A stretch of 64,000 nt of DNA from an uncultured bacterium. GTDB taxonomy: Bacteria > Verrucomicrobiota > Verrucomicrobiia > Verrucomicrobiales > DEV007. The notes below the pieces were generated by a model. It had not been told where the DNA came from. It was given only the letters and a program-made list of their open reading frames with translations, and ran no database searches. Below are positions 17,647-26,587 of this stretch, one piece after another. Each line of letters begins with the position of its first letter. The stretch's first letter is position 1. The translations under genes and the position numbers were made by a program. The stretch is from NCBI GenBank assembly GCA_963977015.1, contig CAXBMO010000012.1, positions 102,602-166,601 on the forward strand, in the 5' to 3' direction.

Positions 17647-19548
17647 ATGACGATGCTCACCAAATCTCCAGCCACCTCTCCACCGCTGCGCAGTCCTCGC
17701 CCCTACAAAAAGTGGCTTCTGGAGATCGACCGCCAAGGCCAGTGGATGGCGGATCAGTCGACCGAGGCATTGCGGGAAAAGGTGGCGGACTGGCAGGAAC
17801 AACTGCGCTTTCGGCGCATCTCGCGGGAACAAATCCGGATTCCCGCCTTCGCCCTGGCCCGGGAAGTTGCGTTTCGCACGACTGGTCTTCGAGCCTACCC
17901 GGAACAACTCTTCGGAGCACTGGCCTTGACGAAAGGGGCGGTTGCCGAATTGGCCACGGGAGAAGGAAAGACGTTGGTGGCGATGTTGGCGGCATTCCTG
18001 TTTGCGCTGGAGGGAAGGGGCGTTCATGTGGTGACGGTCAATTCCTATCTTGCCGAGCGCGACGAAGCCTTTGCCCGCTCTTTCTTCGATTCTCTGGGGT
18101 TGACGGTCGGGCTTTTACCGGAGCGGGGAAATCCCGCCGCGAAGCGGGAAGCCTATGGCAAGGATGTTACCTATGGGGTGGGTTATGAGTTTGGGTTCGA
18201 CTATCTACGGGATCAGTTGGCCTTGATCCGTCAGCCGAAATTGCGTCCCACAAAGAAGCTCGAGCGTCTGTTTCTGAATCAATCTGTCGTACAAGAGGTA
18301 ACGGTGCAGCGTCGTCTTGCGTTTGCCATTATTGATGAGATTGACAGTGTGTTGATTGATGAGGCAGGGTCGCCACTTGTCGTGGCAGAGGCATCCCGGA
18401 ACACAGGTGCATTGGCCCGGCCCTACGAATTGGCCCATCAGGTTGCCGGCCAATTGGAGAAGGGGATTCACTATCAGAATGGCAGTTCCGGCAGGACTCC
18501 AGCCTTCACCCGGGAAGGGAAACGACGCATTGACGAGGTTCCGGATGTTCCCTGGGATCTTCTGAAACGGCCCTGGCCTTACTATGTAGCGAATTCACTG
18601 GTTGCAAGGGAGGGATATCACAAGGAGGAGCATTATATTATTCAGGATGGCAAAATCGTGATCGTGGATGAATTCACCGGCCGGGCCCACGAAGAGCGTT
18701 CCTGGCAACGAGGCCTTCACCAAGCCGTCGAGGTCAAGGAGTCAGTCACCGTGCAACCGGAGATGGAGTCTGCCGCAAGCATTACCCGGCAACGGTGCTT
18801 TGGGCTCTATCAACAGATCTGCGGCTTGACCGGAACCGCGTCCGAATCGGCACATGAATTTCGCTATTTTTTCAAGCTCCCTGTTCTCCGGGTTCCCCTT
18901 CATCGCCCTAACCAACGTGAAAGCCTGAAGGATCGTGTCTTTGTGAACCAGGAAGCGATGTTGAATGCGGTCGTTGAGGAAATTGCGCAGCGTCACGCCA
19001 CCGGTCAACCGGTTCTTCTCGGAACACGGACGATCCAGGTGAGTCAGGAAATTTCGAAACGATTGACCGAACGACAGATCTCGCACCAGATTTTGACGGC
19101 GAAGCAGGACGAAGAGGAAAGTGCCATCGTTGAAAGTGCGGGGAGTCCGGGAAAGGTTTTGGTCGCGACAAATATGGCAGGGCGGGGCACCCACATTCCG
19201 GTTCCGCAGGAATCCCTGGAGCTGGGCGGCCTTCATGTCATCGGGGTTGAGCGAAATGAGTCCGTCCGGATCGATCGCCAATTGATCGGCCGGACGGCGC
19301 GTCAGGGGCAACCGGGTAGTTCGCAGTTTTTCATCAGTGCCGACGATGCCCTATTGACGGTCTTTGCGCCGCGCGTATCGGCGGAATGGAAGAACATGCC
19401 TTGCAAAGCAAACGGACAACTACCCGGCCATCTGGCGCGCATCTACCGCCAGGTTCAGCGCAAAGCGGAAAAGCAACGCTATCAGCAACGGATCCTGACC
19501 GCGAAACGCGATGAATGGATCGATCAAACTCGCCGCATCCTGGGCTAA
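17647..19548 (+). CDS. SecA-like ATPase, C-terminally truncated paralog (about 630 aa)
   Basis: Walker A ELATGEGKTLVAML, VHVVTVNSYLAERD, Walker B IIDEIDSVLIDEAGSPLVV. PPXD-like YIIQDGKIVIVDEFTGRAHEERSWQRGLHQAVEVKE, NBD2 GQPVLLGT...ATNMAGRGTHI...GGLHVIGVERNESVRIDRQLIGRTARQG. The protein ends ~60 aa after NBD2. ATG 17647 is chosen because the 17176 start overlaps the previous gene. Confidence 0.8.
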   Translation: MTMLTKSPATSPPLRSPRPYKKWLLEIDRQGQWMADQSTEALREKVADWQEQLRFRRISREQIRIPAFALAREVAFRTTGLRAYPEQLFGALALTKGAVAELATGEGKTLVAMLAAFLFALEGRGVHVVTVNSYLAERDEAFARSFFDSLGLTVGLLPERGNPAAKREAYGKDVTYGVGYEFGFDYLRDQLALIRQPKLRPTKKLERLFLNQSVVQEVTVQRRLAFAIIDEIDSVLIDEAGSPLVVAEASRNTGALARPYELAHQVAGQLEKGIHYQNGSSGRTPAFTREGKRRIDEVPDVPWDLLKRPWPYYVANSLVAREGYHKEEHYIIQDGKIVIVDEFTGRAHEERSWQRGLHQAVEVKESVTVQPEMESAASITRQRCFGLYQQICGLTGTASESAHEFRYFFKLPVLRVPLHRPNQRESLKDRVFVNQEAMLNAVVEEIAQRHATGQPVLLGTRTIQVSQEISKRLTERQISHQILTAKQDEEESAIVESAGSPGKVLVATNMAGRGTHIPVPQESLELGGLHVIGVERNESVRIDRQLIGRTARQGQPGSSQFFISADDALLTVFAPRVSAEWKNMPCKANGQLPGHLARIYRQVQRKAEKQRYQQRILTAKRDEWIDQTRRILG

Positions 19549-19563
19549 AACCACAACCATCCT

Positions 19564-20382
19564 ATGACTCGACTCCTTGTTGCCCTTTTCCTGTTCACCA
19601 GCCCCTTGATCGCTCAAGACGGCCATTTCGAAGTTCTCACGACCCTGCGACCTTACCAGAGTATTGAACTTTCGACGACCGAACGCGGCGTGATTCGTGA
19701 AATCCTGGCTCAACCGGGTGACGAGGTCGTGGCTGGCCAGGTTCTCATCAAGTTGAATGCGGAAACCATCGCTGCGCGATTGGCTCAAGCCAAGATTCAA
19801 GCCAAGCACAGCGGTCTCGTTGTCGCTGCAGAAGCCGGATACAATCTCTCCAAAGACCGGTTCGAAATTGTTTCTCAACTCAAGAAGCGAGGAACCGCGA
19901 ATGCCGCTGAACTGGATCGGGAGTTGGCGACGTTCAAGGCGCGCGAAGGCGAGTTGATGGCGGCCCGTGAACAGCAGGAGCTTTTCGGGTATCAAGTTCA
20001 ACAGATTGAGGCGGAGCTGGAACAGCGATTTTTGCGAAGCCCGATCGATGGTGTGGTCACCGATGTCGCGAAGGATGTTGCTGAAGCCGTCGGGCAGAAC
20101 CTGGCGTCTGAGTCGCCCTATCTGATTCGTGTTGTGAATCTCGACCAGCTCTCGTCCAAAGCTCACATCCCCTATGTTCACGCTCAAAATCTCCAACTCG
20201 GTCAGGTCCTCAAAATCCGCCTGGAAGACGGGAGGCAGACCGAGGCCGAGGCGGAAATTGAATTCATTTCCCCAATTGTTGAGCCGGCCACCGGAACCGT
20301 TGAGGTTCGGCTGGTGGTGCAGAATCTGGAGCGCAGGTATGTCAGTGGACTTCCGTCCAGGTTGCTCGTTCCCATCAAGTAA
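19564..20382 (+). CDS. HlyD/RND-adaptor-type periplasmic membrane fusion protein (signal peptide)
   Basis: Signal peptide MTRLLVALFLFTSPLIAQ, lipoyl-like hairpin GDEVVAGQVLIKLN, coiled coil, LRSPIDGVVTDV, beta-barrel. The start is 15 nt after the SecA-like stop. Confidence 0.7.
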   Translation: MTRLLVALFLFTSPLIAQDGHFEVLTTLRPYQSIELSTTERGVIREILAQPGDEVVAGQVLIKLNAETIAARLAQAKIQAKHSGLVVAAEAGYNLSKDRFEIVSQLKKRGTANAAELDRELATFKAREGELMAAREQQELFGYQVQQIEAELEQRFLRSPIDGVVTDVAKDVAEAVGQNLASESPYLIRVVNLDQLSSKAHIPYVHAQNLQLGQVLKIRLEDGRQTEAEAEIEFISPIVEPATGTVEVRLVVQNLERRYVSGLPSRLLVPIK

Positions 20383-20476
20383 ACCTGGTTGCGGCGAATC
20401 TGGAACATCGGGAGGAACTTTTGGGGGTGATGAGAATGTTCATTGGAAGGATTGAGGTTTTGGTGCGTGTTCAAAA

Positions 20477-21208
20477 GTGGTGACCCCATTCCGGCAATTC
20501 CCAATTTCAGATGCAGCTTCAGCGACCCTTTTTGTGTTGGGCCTCGCTGTGTTCGGGATGGGGTCCGCTTTTGCGGAAGAACGTGCCGATGGGCTGGCTT
20601 CCGGACTGGCGGCGTCTGCGTTTGCTCCGGAGCCGGTCACAGAGGAGGATTTTGCGGAGTTGAAAGAGCATTCGCCCTTTCTCCGTCCCCTCGATCTCTC
20701 GCAATCATTGGTCCTCACGGGATTGGCTGAGGTTGATGGGAAGCTGATCGCGACCCTCCGCCACCGCAAAACCAAGGAAACCCACGTCGTTTCAGGTTCG
20801 AGCAGTGCCAACGCACTTGGCTGGCAACTGGTCGGCGTTGAAGGGGATCAGAACGATCTCCAGACCCTGAGTGCCCGGATTTCGGTTGGGAGAGGGGAGG
20901 TCGTTTCGATCGGTTTCGATGATCAGCAGCTTCGTCCCCGCACCGTCCTGATCGGGCCGAAGGTCCCTGCTTCCGAAGCCAAGAGGATCGCGAAAGAGGC
21001 GCAGAATTATCGAAGGGGGATCTCGGCAGACGGCTTTTCGGGGGCGCCCCCACGGGAGTTGGCGGACAAGCTGTCGAGGTTGAGCGAAGAACAGCGTGGT
21101 CGTCTTATCTACCAAGTTAGTGAGATGCGAAAGAAGGGGGTGAGCAGCGAGGAACGCCGCAAGGTTTTTGTTCGCATGGTGGATCAGGCGCTACCCAAAG
21201 GACGGTAG
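20477..21208 (+). CDS. Hypothetical exported protein
   Basis: Hydrophobic N-terminus LFVLGLAVFGMGSAFA and a basic helical C-terminus. No recognisable domain. The start codon (GTG) is uncertain. Confidence 0.45.
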   Translation: MVTPFRQFPISDAASATLFVLGLAVFGMGSAFAEERADGLASGLAASAFAPEPVTEEDFAELKEHSPFLRPLDLSQSLVLTGLAEVDGKLIATLRHRKTKETHVVSGSSSANALGWQLVGVEGDQNDLQTLSARISVGRGEVVSIGFDDQQLRPRTVLIGPKVPASEAKRIAKEAQNYRRGISADGFSGAPPRELADKLSRLSEEQRGRLIYQVSEMRKKGVSSEERRKVFVRMVDQALPKGR

Positions 21209-21227
21209 CCACTTTTTACCGGGCCGC

Positions 21228-21725
21228 CTACTCCCGTTCGAACTTCACAAAACCCTTCAACGTGGTTTGGCCGAGGGCGCTCACGAACTCGAAGTTGACC
21301 TCGTAGATGTCACCACGAATCGCCTTTTGCAATCGGATGAGGGTTCCGCCGGGGAACGGTTCGAGCGTGGCTGTGAGAGCGGCTTGATCGATGCTGACTT
21401 GAAACTCGGACACGTTTTCGGGCGAAGATGCCGTGACGTATTCTCCCCGATACAGTCCCTCCAGCTCGTGGGCAGTGTAGGTCCAGGAATACTCGACGGG
21501 ATTGTCATTCGCCACGAGGTTTCCCTGGATCGTGAAAACATCTCCTTCGCTGGAAAAGGACGCCACGATCCGGTTGGTGAGCTGGGCGGTTTCGAAGTTG
21601 GCGTCGGTCATTTCTCCGGCGCCAGTCCAGGTTCCCTCCAGCGCTTTAAAAAACGCGTTCTCCCGCAGATCCTCCGCGAAGGTTGGCAGGAGTAAGGCAA
21701 GCCAGATCAGTAGAACCCGATTCAT
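21228..21725 (-). CDS. Hypothetical secreted protein
   Basis: Signal peptide MNRVLLIWLALLLPTFA and a small beta-rich body. No motif recognised. Confidence 0.5.
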   Translation of the reverse strand: MNRVLLIWLALLLPTFAEDLRENAFFKALEGTWTGAGEMTDANFETAQLTNRIVASFSSEGDVFTIQGNLVANDNPVEYSWTYTAHELEGLYRGEYVTASSPENVSEFQVSIDQAALTATLEPFPGGTLIRLQKAIRGDIYEVNFEFVSALGQTTLKGFVKFERE

Positions 21726-21858
21726 TGCTTCATCCTATCATTTCGAAGGCTCTGACCAAGCTTAAGTTGCTCGCAACGCAATTCCGCAGCGCAAGTGATG
21801 ACGCCGCGATTGACAAGCCAAGCCATGGTTCCTAAGCTGCGCCTCGTTGAAAACCCCC

Positions 21859-22791
21859 ATGAAAAAGACCCTCATCCTGGCCTTCATTTTTGCCAATAGC
21901 ATCAGTTGGCTCACCGCCCAGCAGGAAGAAACTGCGCCGGCTCCCGAGCCGCCCACTCACGCCGATGTCGCCTACGGTCCACACACGCCCAACGTGCTCG
22001 ACATCTGGATCGCCGAAGGCGAAGGACCGCGGCCGCTTCACGTTTACATTCATGGCGGCGGCTGGACTAGCGGCGACAAGTTCAAGAAAGGAAATCCTCA
22101 GAACGCGTGGCTCGCCAAGGGCATTTCCTATGCGGCCATCAACTATCGTCACACGCCTGGGGCTCCACTCCCGGCCCCGGTTCACGACGCGGCCCGCGCC
22201 ATCCAGTTTCTTCGCTCCAACGCAGAAGCGTGGAACATCGACAAGGAGAAAATCTGTCTCAGCGGGGGAAGCGCCGGGGCCTGCACCTCCATGTGGTTGC
22301 TCACCCATGACGATCTCGCCGACTCCGACGCCGAAGATCCGGTGATGCGCGAATCGACCCGGGTTTCGGGCGCCGCCGTCTCCTCGGGACAGACCTCCAT
22401 CGATCCCAAGCAGATCGAGCCTTGGCTGGGGCCCATGGTGCTCCAGCATCGAATGATCAATATGGCCGTTGGTGAGGAGACGATCGAGGGTGCGTTGAAG
22501 AACTACGAAACCCACAAGGCCCTGTATCAGGAATTTTCGGCCTACAATCACGTTAGCAAAGACGATCCGCCGCTCTTCATGACCTACGGCAGAGACATGA
22601 CGCTCCCTTCCAAGAGTGCCGGTCACGGGATTCATCACCCGGTCTACGGCGTGAAAATGAAAGAGAAAGCCGACCGTGTGGGGATGGAATGCCATCTCCT
22701 CATCGGCGGTGGCACCGTCTCCAAGTCTGAAACATACAAGAACGCGGACGCGTTTATCACCGCGATCCTGTTGGGGACTGACGAATCCTAG
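21859..22791 (+). CDS. Alpha/beta hydrolase (esterase/lipase, HGGG type)
   Basis: Signal peptide MKKTLILAFIFANSISW, oxyanion motif HGGGW, nucleophile elbow GGSAGA. Confidence 0.75.
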   Translation: MKKTLILAFIFANSISWLTAQQEETAPAPEPPTHADVAYGPHTPNVLDIWIAEGEGPRPLHVYIHGGGWTSGDKFKKGNPQNAWLAKGISYAAINYRHTPGAPLPAPVHDAARAIQFLRSNAEAWNIDKEKICLSGGSAGACTSMWLLTHDDLADSDAEDPVMRESTRVSGAAVSSGQTSIDPKQIEPWLGPMVLQHRMINMAVGEETIEGALKNYETHKALYQEFSAYNHVSKDDPPLFMTYGRDMTLPSKSAGHGIHHPVYGVKMKEKADRVGMECHLLIGGGTVSKSETYKNADAFITAILLGTDES

Positions 22792-22857
22792 CCGGGCATC
22801 GAATTTTCCGCCCCATACGCGGGGTTGCGTTTCCACCGTCCTGCGGGTTAGTCGGCC

Positions 22858-24612
22858 ATGCTCCTCCGATTAACCCCCGCTCTTCTCTGCGCACTCTTCG
22901 GAGCGTCGCACCTCGCGAACGCCGACGTTCTTGAAGTCCTCGGCACGCCGTGCCAGGTGCTGCCATCCTCTCAACAAGTCTCGATCCAGCCCGAATCGGA
23001 TTCCGTCGTCGGGGTCACCACAGCGCCGGGCAAGGACGGCTATCCCGGTGTTCGCATTGGTCCCGGCAACGGCAAAACTCTCGATGCGTCCGCCTTCAGC
23101 CACCTGGCGGCGACGGTTCGCAACACCGGCGCTGAGCCGTTCACCATTCACCTGCGCATCGACAATCCGGGTGATTGGAGAAAGTCGCCGTGGAATGTCG
23201 AAAAACTGCGCGTTGAGCCCGGCGAAGCTGCCGTCGTGCGAACCTTTTTCGGGTATCAGCACGGGTTCAAGAAAGGCTATGCCCTCGACCCCGCCCGCAT
23301 TTCGGAGATCCAACTCTTCACCGGCAAAGCCGACGAAACCCCCATCAGCTTTCGCCTCGAATCCCTCTCCGCCGCCGGAACTCCGGGAGAGTCGCCGCGT
23401 CTCGCCGAGGCGATCCTCAACACGATTGAACCGCAGGACGGAATTCTCTATCAAGCCGGCGTCACCGATCCAAACCAAGTCAACATCACCCGATCTGGTG
23501 AGCAATTTCAGGTCCGACCCGTCGAGGGACAATGGAACCTGCGCAACTACAACCAGATCACCGTCACCCTGCGCGATGGAACGCAGGTGAACGTCCGCGC
23601 CATCGACCACGGAAATCGCGGCACCGCCTTGATGCCATCCCCCGTGCTCTTTCGTCGCGACGAAGTCTGGCACGGACACATCGGCAAGGGGGCTTCCGAA
23701 TCGCATCCCGTCTTCGACAGCCGCCGTGTCAAAGCGATCGAAATCAGTGGCGGCCCGAACGGAGCCGAAATCGAATCCATCATCGCCGGTGTCCACGTTT
23801 TTCAACGTCCCGACTGGTTCGGCAAACGACCCCCCATTCCCGGCGAATGGAAACTCACCCTCGAAGACGAATTCGACCAACCTGCGATCGACGCCCGAAC
23901 CTGGAACGTCGCCGGTCCCAACTACTGGGGCGCCAAAGAACTCACCCATTGGAGCCGCGAAAACGTCATCCTCAAAGACGGCACCGCTTCGCTCTGCATG
24001 GAAAAGAAATTCGGCCATCACAACGACGACACCAGCCAACACACCAGTCCCTACACCGGCGGCTACCTCGATACCTACGACAACTGGCGCCAACGCTACG
24101 GCTACTTCGAGGCCCGTATGAAACTTCCCACCGCCGACGGACTCTGGCCCGCCTTCTGGCTCATGCCCGACGCCGGTCGCGAACTCGGCCCCATGTGGAA
24201 ACGCCAGAAGACCGAACCGCACGGCATGGAATTCGACATCCTCGAGCATCTCACCGGCTGGGGCCCCTACCGCTACCACATCGCCATGCACTGGGATGGC
24301 TACGGCAAAAACCATCAATCCACCGGCGCCTCCAGCATCTACTTCTCGCCGGATGAAGACGGCTTCGTCACCTCCGGCCTTTTGTGGGAACCCGGCCGCG
24401 CCGTCTACTACGTCAACGGTCGCGAAATTGGCCGTGTTGAAAGCGATCGCATCTCCGACATCCCCGGCATGATCATCTTCACCCTCCCCATTGGTGGCTG
24501 GGACAATCGCCCCCTCAACGACGCCCAACTCCCCGCCCACTTCACCATCGACTACGTCAGAGTCTGGCAACGAAACGACCTCGCCTCCGAGGCCGATGGC
24601 CACTACGAGTGA
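22858..24612 (+). CDS. Glycoside hydrolase family 16 protein with N-terminal accessory domains
   Basis: Signal peptide. The C-terminal GH16 region has GYFEARMKLP, WPAFWLMP and the catalytic ExDxxE motif (EFDILE). Confidence 0.75.
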   Translation: MLLRLTPALLCALFGASHLANADVLEVLGTPCQVLPSSQQVSIQPESDSVVGVTTAPGKDGYPGVRIGPGNGKTLDASAFSHLAATVRNTGAEPFTIHLRIDNPGDWRKSPWNVEKLRVEPGEAAVVRTFFGYQHGFKKGYALDPARISEIQLFTGKADETPISFRLESLSAAGTPGESPRLAEAILNTIEPQDGILYQAGVTDPNQVNITRSGEQFQVRPVEGQWNLRNYNQITVTLRDGTQVNVRAIDHGNRGTALMPSPVLFRRDEVWHGHIGKGASESHPVFDSRRVKAIEISGGPNGAEIESIIAGVHVFQRPDWFGKRPPIPGEWKLTLEDEFDQPAIDARTWNVAGPNYWGAKELTHWSRENVILKDGTASLCMEKKFGHHNDDTSQHTSPYTGGYLDTYDNWRQRYGYFEARMKLPTADGLWPAFWLMPDAGRELGPMWKRQKTEPHGMEFDILEHLTGWGPYRYHIAMHWDGYGKNHQSTGASSIYFSPDEDGFVTSGLLWEPGRAVYYVNGREIGRVESDRISDIPGMIIFTLPIGGWDNRPLNDAQLPAHFTIDYVRVWQRNDLASEADGHYE

Positions 24613-24640
24613 CCGGTTGGGGAACCGCAGATGGGAATCT

Positions 24641-25408
24641 TTGGACTGCGGAAGCCTGCTGCCGCTATTTCAGAAAGCAGCCCTGCTGCTGGACCAATTC
24701 CAAATACGGATTCAACTTCTGACAACGTAAAACGGCCCCTTATCCCGATGATTAACCAGCCTGCTTCACTTCCAACGAATGAACAATCAGGCACGGGTTC
24801 CCGCGATTGGCCTCACGCCCCACCACATCGATTGGGTGGAGCCGGCGTTTACTTTGTGACGGCTCGCGCCCGCGATCAGCGTCATATCCTCGCTGATGAC
24901 ACGATGAAATCCTGGTTTCAGAAACTCCTGTTTGTCGTGGTTGATGAGTTTGGTTGGAAACTTGAGGTATGGGCCATTCTATCCAATCACTATCACTTCG
25001 TTGCGCATAGTCCCGAGAATGGAGAGGATGGTAAAACGCTGAGCCCGTGCCTGCGAAAGCTTCATAGCCTGACGACGAAGGAGTTGAACCGTCGAGAGAA
25101 CCAGTCAGGCCGAACTCGCCTTTGGCAGAACTACCGCGAAACTCACCTGACGTATCAACGAAGTTATCTGGCGCGGTTGAATTATGTCCACCAAAACGCG
25201 GTTCATCACGGTTTGGTGACGGACGGGATTGACTATCCGTGGTGCAGTGCCGCGAAGTTTATGGATTCAGTGACTCCCGCCTGGAGCAAAACCGTTGCGA
25301 GTTTTAGGTATGATGAAATTGCGAAGGAGGACGGCGAGTAAGGCTTGCCCTGATGGGGCGGCAGCAGGGCTGCCTGCTTGAAGGCGGCAGCAGGCTGCAG
25401 CAGTCCAA
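24641..25408 (+). mobile_element. RAYT/IS200-like HUH gene flanked by ~52-bp imperfect inverted repeats (REP-RAYT-like unit)
   Basis: The left arm 24641-24692 is the reverse complement of the right arm 25357-25408, by hand alignment. Two perfectly conserved 13-nt cores are shared: gcagcagggctgc and gcggcagcaggct. Confidence 0.5.
24748..25341 (+). CDS. IS200-like / REP-associated tyrosine transposase (RAYT)-like HUH protein
   Basis: HUH motif SNHYHFVAH and Tyr motif LARLNYVHQNAVHHGLV. ATG 24748 is preferred because the 24631 start would run through the left inverted repeat. The paralog at 47192-47767 starts at the equivalent WPHAP position. Confidence 0.65.
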   Translation: MINQPASLPTNEQSGTGSRDWPHAPPHRLGGAGVYFVTARARDQRHILADDTMKSWFQKLLFVVVDEFGWKLEVWAILSNHYHFVAHSPENGEDGKTLSPCLRKLHSLTTKELNRRENQSGRTRLWQNYRETHLTYQRSYLARLNYVHQNAVHHGLVTDGIDYPWCSAAKFMDSVTPAWSKTVASFRYDEIAKEDGE

Positions 25409-25419
25409 AAGCAGACAGG

Positions 25420-26331
25420 CTAACCCAAATGAGCCGTGAAAAACTCCACCGTCCGCTTCCAAGCCAGCTCCGCCTGTTCCTCATCGTAGCGGCTCGTTGA
25501 ATCATTGTGGAAGCCGTGGTTCGCGGCTGGATACATGTGCATCGTGTAAGGCACATCGTTCGCCTTCAAATCCGCCTCATACTCCGGCCACGTCCCATTC
25601 ACCCGCTTGTCCAGCTCCGCCAACTGAATCATCAACGGCCCCTTGATGTTCTTGCGCAGCTCCTTCGCCGCTGGAGTCCCGTAAAACGGCACTCCCGCAT
25701 CCAGCACATCCGGAATCGCCGCCGCCAGCATGTTCACCACATACCCGCCATAACAAAAGCCCACCGCACCCAATTTTTCCGTCGTCGACTCCAGCGCGTT
25801 CACATATTTCGCCGCTGCGATGAAGTCCTGCTCCAGCTTCGCCGCATCCATCGACTTCTGCATCGCGCGTCCCTCGTCATCATTCCCCGGATATCCGCCT
25901 AACGGATGCAACGCATCCGGAGCAAACGCCACAAAGCCCGCCTTCGCCGCCCGCCGCGCCACATCCTTCACATACGGATTCAGCCCGCGATTCTCATGCA
26001 CCACCAGCACCGCCGGCAACTTGCCTTCCACCGCCGTTGGTGTCACCAGGTAACCACGACCCTCGCCATGGCCATTGGGCGAATCAAACAACGCATACTG
26101 CGCCTTGATGTCGGGATCATTGAAACTCACCTGCTCGGCTTGCGCATAATTCGGCATCAGCGCACCCATCAACGTCCCCATCGTCAGTCCCCCAACCGTC
26201 AGCGTCGAAAGGCGATTTAGAAACGTGCGCCGGTCAATGATGCCGTGGGCATACTCATCATACCAATCGAAAGCTTCTTGTGGGATTGGCTGGGTGGCGG
26301 GTGATTCGGGAGAGAAAGTTGGAGTCATCAT
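25420..26331 (-). CDS. Dienelactone hydrolase family protein (Tat signal)
   Basis: Twin-arginine region IDRRTFLNRLSTLTVGG. DLH-like VVHENRGLNPYVKDVARRAAKAGFVAFAPD and GAVGFCYGG. ATG at 26331. Confidence 0.8.
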   Translation of the reverse strand: MMTPTFSPESPATQPIPQEAFDWYDEYAHGIIDRRTFLNRLSTLTVGGLTMGTLMGALMPNYAQAEQVSFNDPDIKAQYALFDSPNGHGEGRGYLVTPTAVEGKLPAVLVVHENRGLNPYVKDVARRAAKAGFVAFAPDALHPLGGYPGNDDEGRAMQKSMDAAKLEQDFIAAAKYVNALESTTEKLGAVGFCYGGYVVNMLAAAIPDVLDAGVPFYGTPAAKELRKNIKGPLMIQLAELDKRVNGTWPEYEADLKANDVPYTMHMYPAANHGFHNDSTSRYDEEQAELAWKRTVEFFTAHLG

Positions 26332-26587
26332 GAAAGGGGTTGAGATTCGGCATTCACCTTCCAACTCCTTTGCCGAACCTCAAGCAAAACCTGACGAACC
26401 AACCTTCGCTGGAAGGAGACCGCCGATGACGCACCTTGGACGGCTCGAAAGGTGCCCCGTTGGAACCTTGGGCAACTCATTCTCGATGACAAAGCGAGTC
26501 TATCCGTCGGAGTTTCTACACCGATTGATGATGCCAACCGTGGTGAAGAACTTCATCAAATAGGGCCACCCGTGACCATGAAATCGG

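Noticed and set aside
22870-24603. 577-aa minus-strand ORF
   Set aside because: It is an antisense shadow of the GH16 gene (EFDILE catalytic motif on the plus strand). The translation is G/V/A/D-rich and low in complexity.
24631-24747. ORF-track start (ATG 24631) of the first RAYT-like gene
   Set aside because: This segment is Ala/Pro/Ser-rich, coincides with the left inverted repeat, and has no counterpart in the paralog at 47192-47767. A later start at 24748 is more plausible, though unproven.
26332-26587. 256-nt spacer between DsbD and the dienelactone hydrolase, examined for a riboswitch or sRNA
   Set aside because: I found no convincing conserved-looking helices or known riboswitch core sequences by eye, so I cannot support a call.
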